63,889 bases of DNA from Paraspadella gotoi (taxonomy: Eukaryota; Animalia; Chaetognatha). This document shows, in pieces, positions 54,802-63,889 of this stretch; position 1 is the stretch's first letter; every line of letters starts with the position of its first letter. The notes beneath the pieces are model-generated. The model worked only from the letters and a program-made list of their open reading frames with translations. It did no database searches and was not told where the DNA came from. The translations under genes were made by a program, and so were the position numbers. The stretch lies in assembly GCA_051294375.1 (NCBI GenBank), contig CM119268.1:21015980-21079868 (forward strand), written 5' to 3'.

Positions 54802-56029
54802 AGTATTATTAAAAAAATGTTTTAAAAATTATCTAAAAATGGGAGAAATGGTTCATTTCTAGTTTATTTTTCCTGAAAGGGAAGAGCGTGTGTTCAAAAC
54901 TTGCGTGGTTTTTTTTTAATTTTAAAAGAAAAGAGAAAAACTGTGAATTGCTCTCATTATGGCAAAATTGGGCGCGACACTTTAAATAAAAATTGGGGAA
55001 TACTATTTTGGTCATTATCTATCTATTATTTCTTTCTGTCTTTCTTTTCTTCTTTTTTTTTTCTTTCTTTCTTTCTTGATATCTTTCAGTTTTTCTTTCT
55101 TTCTTTATTCCACTATCTCTTCATCTTTTTAGACTTGGGTTATTCTCCCCTTTTTTCCGACTTTTTCCAATTTATTTTGTTTTCCTCATCTCTCCTTAAA
55201 GACAAATCACTAACGCCAAGAAAAATGCCGAGAGAGGGACAGAAAAAGTTAGAGAAAAAAGAGAATAAGAATAAAAAAAAAAGAAAAGATGAAATACATT
55301 TTTTTAGCGGAGAAGAAAGATTGAATTCAAATTGGATACATTCCATGGGAGGAAGAAGAAGGAGAGGAGCGAGACAGAGACAGAGATAGTAACAAGCAGT
55401 CATTCGGCAATAAATGCCAAGCAGACAAGCACCCTTGCAGCTACAACCAAGTTTGCCGAGACTCAAACTGTATTACTGAAAAAAAGCAGCAGAAAAAAAT
55501 CAGAATAGAAAACGAAAAACACAAAACAGAGAAAAGTTGGAGATGAGAAAAAGAGTGAAACTTGTTTTCAATTTAGCATCTGCGCATAAACGAGCGACAG
55601 ATGCTCATGAATCCTCCTCTTCGTTCTTGTTTTTACTTCTCTTTCTTTTTATTTTCACTGTTCCCCCCTTTTTTCTTCTTTTTTTCTGTACCTCCCTATT
55701 TTCTTATTTTTCTCTTTATTTCCCTTTTGTTCTTTTTCTCTTTACCTCCCTTTTCTCTTTATTTTCTCTTTACCTCTTTACCGCCCTTTTCTCTTCTTTT
55801 TCTCTTTACCTCCCTTTTTTCTTTTTATTCTCTTTACCTCCTTTTTCTCTTGTTTTCCCTTTACCTCCTTTTTTTCGTCTTTTTCTCCTCTTTTTTCCCC
55901 TCTTTCTAGACTTGTCTTATCTCTTCCTTTTTTCTCTTCTTTCTTTTCTATTTTTTTCTTTTTNNNNNNNNNNNNNNNNNNNNNNNNNATTTACATTTTT
56001 CTCTACGTTATCCTCTTGTTCCTCTTTTA

Positions 56030-56770
56030 ACTTCTACCATATTTTTCTGTTTCACTTCTTCCTTTTTCTTTCTTTTCTATTCTCTTTTTCTATTTTTTTT
56101 CCTTTAACAAATTTATAATCCGGAAAAATCTTCTTGGATTTTATATTTGAGTTTTTTAATGAAAACTAGAAAATTACAAATTTGGGTATTTGCGATTTTC
56201 ATTCTATTTGGCTCATTGAAATGAGATTAGGAATTCGATGAGTTTTAAGAATAAAGGTTACAAAAAGTTTGAAATTTAATTTGAGACAGTGACATGTTTG
56301 TGCCGATGAAGACTTTGAATCAAATGTCGAAAACAGTGTCCACTGTCTCAAAATAAAATCGTTGTTGAACTATTTCAAACTTTTCCTAATCTACAACACA
56401 ACGAAAGAAAGAATTTCCACATAAAGAATAAAGGTAAAAATAAAAAAAATATAATGAAAAGGATATTAACAAATTTTAACAAATATTAATAATGGCTGCA
56501 AAAAAAAGAAACATTAGAAAAAAAGGAACTCGATCGATTAAAGCTTAAAGTTTTTCCGGTTTACGATGATCAAGTAATTGCCGGGACGCTCTCTTCCTCT
56601 CTCTCTCTCTTCTCTCTCGTCTCTCTCTCTTCTCTCTCTCTTTCTCTCTCTCTCTCTTCTCTCTCTCTCTCCTTCTCTCTTATTGCTCCTGTCAAGTCGC
56701 GAATGACACAAGTGTGCAGAAAGCGAATGATATTAAACAACGGACGGAAAGGGGAGATAGAGAGAGAAAG

Positions 56771-56865
<95 letters not shown>

Positions 56866-57901
56866 AAGAGACTAACGTCTTTCACGTGACCTTGGACAGA
56901 TGTTGTTGACGTTCGTCGTTTCGTGCGTCGTCGTCGTCGTCCGTCGTCGTCGGTCGTCATCGTCGTCGTCCGTCGTCGTCGTCGTCGTCTCGTGTCACGA
57001 TTGTAATTCAAGCCTACATTCAACTTTTTTTTTCTCTTCTGATTTATGTTTTTCTTCCTTCGCTCAACTTTGTTCATGTTTTTTCATTTTAAAAACAAAT
57101 TTGTGACAAAAAAAAGTTTGCAAAGTTGATTTAGATTTGTGTGTCTGTTAAAATGACTGGCTACAGCTTAAAACAGCAGATGTTTTTAAAGGTTCCACTG
57201 TTTTTATATATCACCGACACAAGTTTCACTCTTGCACTTGAATTGCGAACCTGTGCGTAATTTTTCAAAGAAATTTCTTCGATTCTTAGCCAAAGGTTTT
57301 TCTCGACTGTGAAGGTAAAAAATCGTGTGGCGTTCTAGGAAACGCCAGCATTACTTTCTACATATTTTTCTGTTTCACTTCCTTCCTTTTCTTTCTTTTC
57401 TTTTCTCTTTTTCTATTTTTTTTCCTTTAACAAATTTATAATCCGGAAAAATCTTCTTGGATTTATATTTGAGTTTTTAATGAAAACTAGAAAATTACAA
57501 ATTTTGGGTATTTGCGATTTTCATTCTATTTGGCTCATTGGAATGAGATTAGGAATTCGATGAGTTTTAAGAATAAAGGTTAGAAAAAAGTTTGAAATTT
57601 ATTTTGAGACAGTGGACATGTTTGTGCCGATGAAGACTTGAATCAAATGTCGAAACATGTCCACTGTCTCAAAATAAAATCGTTGTTGAACTATTTCAAA
57701 CTTTTTCCTAATCTACAACACAACGAAAGAAAGAATTTCACATAAAGAATAAAGGTAAAAATAAAAAAAAATATAATGAAAAGGATATTAACAAATTTTA
57801 ATTAATATTAACAATGGCTGCAAAAAAAAGAAACATTAGAAAAAAGGAACTCGATCGTTAAAGTTAAAGTTTTTCCGGTTTACGATGAAGTAATTGCCGG
57901 A

Positions 57902-57938
<37 letters not shown>

Positions 57939-58081
57939 CTCTCGTCTCTTTCTCTCTCTTCTCTCTCTCTCTCTCTCTCTTTCTCTCTTATTGCTCCTGT
58001 CAAGTCGCGATGACAAGTGTGCAGAAAGCGAATGATATAAACAACGGACGGAAAGGGGAGATAGAGAGGTAGAAAGAAAAG

Positions 58082-58135
<54 letters not shown>

Positions 58136-58187
58136 CTAACGTCTTTCACGTGACTTGGACCAGATGTTGTTGACGTCGTCGTCGTCG

Positions 58188-58224
<37 letters not shown>

Positions 58225-58567
58225 GATTGTGAATTCCAGTCCGACATTCAACTTTTTTTTTCTCTTCTGATTTATGTTTTTCTTCCTTCGCTCAACTTTT
58301 GTTGATGTTATTCATTTTAAAAACAAATTTGTGACAAAAAAAAAGTTTGCAAATGTTTAGATTTGGTGTCTGTAAAATGACTGGCTACGTTAAAACAGCA
58401 GATGTTTTAAAAGGTTCCACTGTTTTTATATCACCGACACAAGTTTCACTCTTGCACTTGATTGCGAGGACCTGTGCGTTAATGTTTTCAAGAAATTTCT
58501 TCGATTCATTAGCCAAAGGTTTTCACCGATGTTGAAAGTAAATTCGTTGGCGTTCTAGGAAACGCCA
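56030..58567. repeat. Tandem duplication (about 56030-57347 and 57355-58567) next to a 25-N gap; probable assembly artefact
   Basis: Both copies end in GTTCTAGGAAACGCCA; differences are dominated by homopolymer and microsatellite indels. Confidence 0.85.
57580..57711 (+). mobile_element. Second Penelope-like relic: nested inverted repeats with a core-mutated hammerhead (a noisier copy lies at about 56265-56390)
   Basis: Perfect 26-bp inverted repeat 57598-57623/57653-57678; inside reads GTG-CCGATGA-A-GAC...GTC-GAAAC-AT-GTC-CAC; its 3' tail AAATAAAATCGTTGTT...TTCAAACTTT closely matches that of the 54.7-kb element. Confidence 0.6.
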
Positions 58568-59511
58568 ATGCGTCGTGCAAAAAGAAGTAATGCTGCTTGT
58601 ACCATTTCATTCAGTCCAGAAATTCTGTATATAAATTTCACTTTGGCTTCATGCTTGAAATCCTTACTTAATTGCAAGAGTTCTAAATATTTCAGAGAAG
58701 CAAATAGAATTATCGGTGACCGTTTTATCGATTTCTTCCAAAGAGTTCAGGATTGCTTCATTGGATGACATCGTTTATTTCTTTTATTTTGAGTGACGAT
58801 TTAAGAAGCGAGTTTTTTACTTTTTTTGTAAGCAGAAAGTTCTACTGTGAAGTTTCTTTTGTCTTCAGGCCCGTAAAATCTAACGTTTGAAGCGTCGCCC
58901 GTTCAAATATTTAAACGTGAGATTAACGAAGTAAAAAGAATACTTATGAGTTTATAGTATTTATTTGTACATTATTAAACGCGAAAAACACTTGTTCCCG
59001 GGCGAGCATTGTTTCCACTTTGATTTTATAAACGCAACTGATTTGAGCCGTGAGTTTCACAGCAACAAAGATACTGACCGGGATAATAACCAAATTAAAA
59101 GGAAGGGCGAGACATATCTTTGTACAGTGTCGGAAAAATAACCTTTATTATCTTTTCATTACATTATTTTTCTTGTGTTTTTTTTTAAATGTGTCTCGAG
59201 AAAATAATTAGGAAATTAATTTTTAGTTTTAAGATTTACAGATCTTGACAATCTTTTTCTCATTATGGGGGAGAAGAACCAAATTCAATTTATTGAACTT
59301 AATAGTAAAAGACTACAAGTACTAGTACTAGTCTATCTTCAGGAAATATTTGATATAAAATTTGATTTGTCTCAATTCTTATAAAATTAGTGCAATTAAT
59401 ATGAGTTATAAATATTATTCATCATTTATTATATATCATATATCAGTTTGACGATGAATGTTAAAATGATCCATATTAATTTTTAATTTTAAGAATAAAA
59501 AGTTTATTCAC

Positions 59512-59581
59512 CTGCGGGATTAGAATAAAGGATGAAGGATGCGTTGATCGATTGATTCACGTGATCCAAATTGTAAACGTC
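59512..59581 (-). CDS. Exon B (70 nt, phase 0 to 1): DVYNLDHVNQSINASFILYSNPA
   Basis: Acceptor TTTTGTTTCTCACAG| and donor CAG|GTGAAT; supplies exactly the phase change needed between exons A and C; has an SNP turn ahead of the Ig C-strand and sequons NQS and NAS. Confidence 0.8.
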
Positions 59582-59913
59582 CTGTGAGAAACAAAATTTG
59601 TGAAATAATGTTGGAAAAAGAGTTAATTCACGGAACAATCACGCTTGCTTGCTTGATTGCTTGCTTGCTTGCTTGCTCCTATGCTTGCTTCTTCTTTCTT
59701 TCTTTCTTTCTTTCTTTCTTTATTCTTATCTTTCTTTCTTTCTTTGCTTTTTCTTTCTTTCTTTTTTTTTGCCGCTATTTTTCGGTTTTGTTCACACCTC
59801 GACTCTTGTTTAGTGAGGATAATTCTTTTAATTTGACATTTCCTCTCTTCCTCTCTCTTCTCTTACTCCTCTCTCCTCTCTTCCTCTCTCTCTCTCCTCT
59901 CTCTCTCTTCTCT

Positions 59914-59946
<33 letters not shown>

Positions 59947-60228
59947 TCTCTCTATTTCTCTCATCTCAATCTTTCTTTAACGTATAAATCCAAATAATAT
60001 CTTTTTCTTCTTCTATATGCATAACAATTAGACGTAAGATCAGTCAGTGTTTTTTATTCTGCTATTTATTTTCTTAATAAGCTTATTAAGGATTATAATT
60101 TAGCGTTTTTCTTAATCCTCCATAAGCTATTATATGTTCAACAATTCAAAACAAGGTTTCCTTTCTCGCTTGTAAGCAAATTGTCTTTCTCCTCCCTTTC
60201 TCTTATTGTTTCTCTTATCTCAATATGG

Positions 60229-60286
<58 letters not shown>

Positions 60287-60519
60287 TCTCTCTTCTCTCT
60301 CTCTCTCTCTGTCTCATCTTTCTTTCTCTCTCTCAATATAGGCGCCTTTTTCCGTCTCGCTCCTGATTTTCACGAGTTTTTTTTTCTCCGACGACATAAA
60401 TTCGATGCGGTTGAGTTGAGATCCAATTTTTGAAAAGAATAAACGCGGGAGAAAATACGAGAAGGATGTTCTTTTTTCTCTCTCTCCTCTTCTCTCTCTC
60501 TTCTCTCTCTCTCCTCTTC

Positions 60520-60552
<33 letters not shown>

Positions 60553-62083
60553 CTCTTTTTGTCCTCCCTTCTCTTTCTTTTTCTTCTCTCTTCCCTCAAT
60601 TTTTTTCTGCTTGTCTCTATCAGAGCTGCAGGAACATTTCTTTTGTTTGCTTCCACCTGTCTTTTTTCCCTGCACTATCTCTTCTCTCTCTCTCTCTCTC
60701 TCTCTCCTCTTCTCTCTTCTCCTCTTCTCTCTCTCTCCCTCCTCTCTCTCTCTTCTTCTCTCTCTCTCTCTGGCGTCACCCCATTTCCAAAAGCGCCATC
60801 TCTGACTAATACAAAAGGGTGAATCGGCTTTTTTTTTATTTTTTAGGGAAAAAAAGATTTGTGGCGTCGCAATCTCTGAACGTGATTGGCTGGACGATCT
60901 AGAATTCGACCAATCAGATTTTCTCATATATATTCAAATAATTCGATTTAACCAAAAAGATGAATCTGCCAATAAAAAAAAAAGCTACTATAAATTTCAT
61001 CTAACAATTTCTCCGTTAATTTGGCTAACGGTGTTGGGATACCGAATCAAGTCTTTTATTAACTTTTCTCTCATCTCATTCGTCTCTCCCATTTCTCAGT
61101 CCACCATCCCTCCCCCCCCTCTCGGCCCCCTCTGCGCCCTCGCTCCCCATTTTCCAAATTTGCCAGAGAATCTCTATAAAAATAAAAAATCCGCAATAAA
61201 ATCTTCGAGAGCCAAAGTCGGCGCCTGGAGCGCCGCTCGACGCCGGAGGGGCGCTAACTTTCGGCTGCCGACAACGCCCCCCTCTTTTAGCCGAGTTCCG
61301 GCGCCGTCGACTTCCGGCTACCGGTTTTCCGCCTACGGAGGCGCAAGGCGATAAAAAAAAAGGGATTTATGTCCGTCCGATATCCATGGTGTCGTAAATC
61401 AGTCATGGGGTCTGAGAATGAGTTTTCTTTTTGGGGTGGAGGGGCTCTCTTTTCTCAGAGCGCCCCATTTCTGTTCCTTTACCTTAAAATTTAATTTTAA
61501 TCCTATCATTTAATATAAACATATTCTTAAACTTATATTCCATTCCCTAACCCTATTCCCTAACAGTAATCTTAAACCCTAAGCTAATCCTTACCCCTTA
61601 CCCTTATCCTTTTTGTTGAATTAAAAAAATATATTAATTCTAAAATTAAGACAAAATGGGGCATTCTGGGATAATAAAGCCGAATCTTGGAAATTAATCT
61701 AGCGATCAGAGACTCTAATGTCTAACAACCTAATAAATTGAAGGTTCAAGATTTAATTGTTTTCTTAATTTATTAAATTTATATTCGTATTTATATTCGT
61801 ATCTGTAATTCAGACCATATCGTATCAGAAAATATAAAATAAAAAGTTCGTTGCCTAAATTTTTTATGCAATAAGCAATTAGATAAATTATTTTATTCAA
61901 TCCTAATTAGATAAAGGATCATTATGATATTGTCGACGACGACGACGACGATGACAGTAATAACGAAAAAGAATAATGATAACAATAAAAATTAGCCGAA
62001 AACCCGAATCGCGAATCGCAGTCGACAATTCATCCAAATTTCACGAATCATTTCTCCCTTTTTCATTTTGCGGTCCCAAATGC

Positions 62084-62205
<122 letters not shown>

Positions 62206-62989
62206 CACACAGATTTTTCTTTATTCCGTTTTCCCGCGGTCGGAGTTCTGAGTTCCTTCATTACTTTTATCGTCGTCTTTTGTTTGAAACTTGGCGGCTT
62301 TTGTTTATGCACGCTTTCTTTGGTTTCCGCACGAATCGCATGGCGTTGCAGTCGCCGTCATTGCTTGTTAGGGTTTCGGGTAATTTTTAGAATTATGCTT
62401 AATGAGTAAACTAAATTTAAAATTGTTGGGGAGAAAAAAATAGCACATCTTGTAAGAGTGATGGAGGCCTTTAACCACCAAAGCCTGTCCAAAGTCAGGG
62501 GCAAAATAGCTTATTTATTAAATGAATGGATAATTTTTATATTAGTTGTACCAATTTCATAGTACATAGATTATGGCAGAAGTCATTTTTTTAAATCCAC
62601 CTAGTATTACATACATTTGGAAATGCTATGGAAATGCTATGTTATTATCATGTAAGAGTGATCGAAGCATTAAACAAAACTCAGGGGCAAGATAAGTTAT
62701 TCATTGAATAAATGGATAATCTTAATATTGGATATACCAATTTCATATATTATTATTTTCGCATTGCAATCAACTATCACAAATTGCTTTTCATCTTTAT
62801 CTTCCTCGCATCTTTATCCCTTATCAATCAGATTTATCCTCGAGATTACATTTTAGATAATCAGATACTCCGATTTGATCCACATTTTTATGATTATATT
62901 TTTTGCAATATCGGTAAGACAACAATTTTATTTCTTTAAAATATGAATGATTATTTTGATTCTTTCATTCTTTCATCCTTAGTTGGTAC

Positions 62990-63272
62990 ATTCGTTCATT
63001 AATTCGTTCATTCATTCGTTCGTTCGGTTTTTCTTTCCTTCGTCTACATATTTATTGATTGGTTCGTTCATTCGTTCGTCCATTTCTTTGTCCGTTCGTT
63101 CGTTCGTTCGTTAATTCATTCATTCATTCATTCATTCATTCATTCATTCATTCATTCATTCATTCATTCATTCATTCATTCATTCATTCATTTTTTCATT
63201 CATTTATTCATTCATTCATTCATTTATTCGTTCGTTCGTTCGTTCATTTGTTCGTTCTTTCGTTCATTCATT
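62990..63272. repeat. (TTCA)n/(TTCG)n microsatellite
   Basis: Direct reading. Confidence 0.95.
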
Positions 63273-63351
63273 CCTCCGCTGCATCCTCTCTTCCCTCACC
63301 TGCCCCCACCAACCTCAACCCTTACCCCCTCCCTCTAAAAAGTAACCTCAC

Positions 63352-63531
63352 CTGGCAATGAATCTTGGGCGCGAAGAAGAGTCTGAGCCGGACCCGTCGC
63401 TGCACCGCGGGCGAGACCTTAGATCCTCTCGCTTTGATGATCACCGCCTTCTCAGGATCGTGAACTGTGACGAAACTTCGCTTGACGGGAATTTGGGTCA
63501 AGACTCCAGCGTTCTCGGGCTGGGATTCCAC
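63352..63531 (-). CDS. Exon A (180 nt, phase 0 to 0): end of one Ig-like domain and the LRLFFAPKI linker
   Basis: Acceptor TTCCCCCCAAAG|GTG and donor CAG|GTGAGG; 60 open codons; VRLRLFFAP resembles the (L/V)xVx(Y/F)xP G-strand-to-linker pattern of tandem Ig domains. Confidence 0.8.
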
Positions 63532-63889
63532 CTTTGGGGGGAATGGTGAAAAGGGAAGGGAGGGAGAAGTAGAAAGGCGGAACGAGGTGAAAAATATTAG
63601 TTCTCTAAAGTTTTTGTACCAATTTCATAAATAACGTGAGAGAATCCACGAGAGATAAATAAATTTACCAAAAAAAAATCAAGTTTTTATGTATAGTTAA
63701 AACATAGACGAATTTATGATTTATCGTATTACTATACAGTATTACAAGATTTTTAAATTTTTATGTTTTATCGGTTAAGATTAGTATAATGATGATTTTT
63801 AAAAGGTTTTCCTCGATTTAACTCACTTATGATTGAAATATAGAAAAACAAATTATACTTGGTGTAGACAAATTTTTATGAACTATCTG

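Noticed and set aside
58360-58772. Minus-strand frame starting MSSNEAILNSLEEIDK as a transposon pseudogene
   Set aside because: Several in-frame stops at about the rate expected in AT-rich DNA and no motif I recognise; BLASTX would be needed

Overview
This is AT-rich, microsatellite-saturated animal DNA, not prokaryotic. The density of (AG)n, (AAAT)n and (TCG)n arrays suggests an arthropod, probably a malacostracan crustacean (inference only). Almost every ORF in the supplied track is translated simple repeat. Hidden on the minus strand is a spliced gene: nine phase-compatible exons from 63531 to 25652, plus a likely 21-nt microexon. They encode the C-terminal part of a type I membrane protein with a Cys-poor Ig-like ectodomain carrying six N-glycosylation sequons, one transmembrane helix and a long low-complexity Tyr-motif tail with no kinase domain. 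Its 5' end lies beyond the window and its last exon is uncertain. One intron of this gene carries hairpin relics of Penelope-type elements with hammerhead-ribozyme cores. The window also holds a five-copy dispersed repeat, Helentron/DINE-like elements and many minisatellites. Three large duplications (about 2.1-4.5 kb, 36.5-41.3 kb and 56.0-58.6 kb) adjoin exactly 25-N gaps and differ mainly by homopolymer indels, so they are probably long-read gap-filling artefacts. I found no convincing multi-gene novel system. The best leads are the uncharacterised Ig-superfamily receptor with its splice options and the ribozyme-bearing hairpins.
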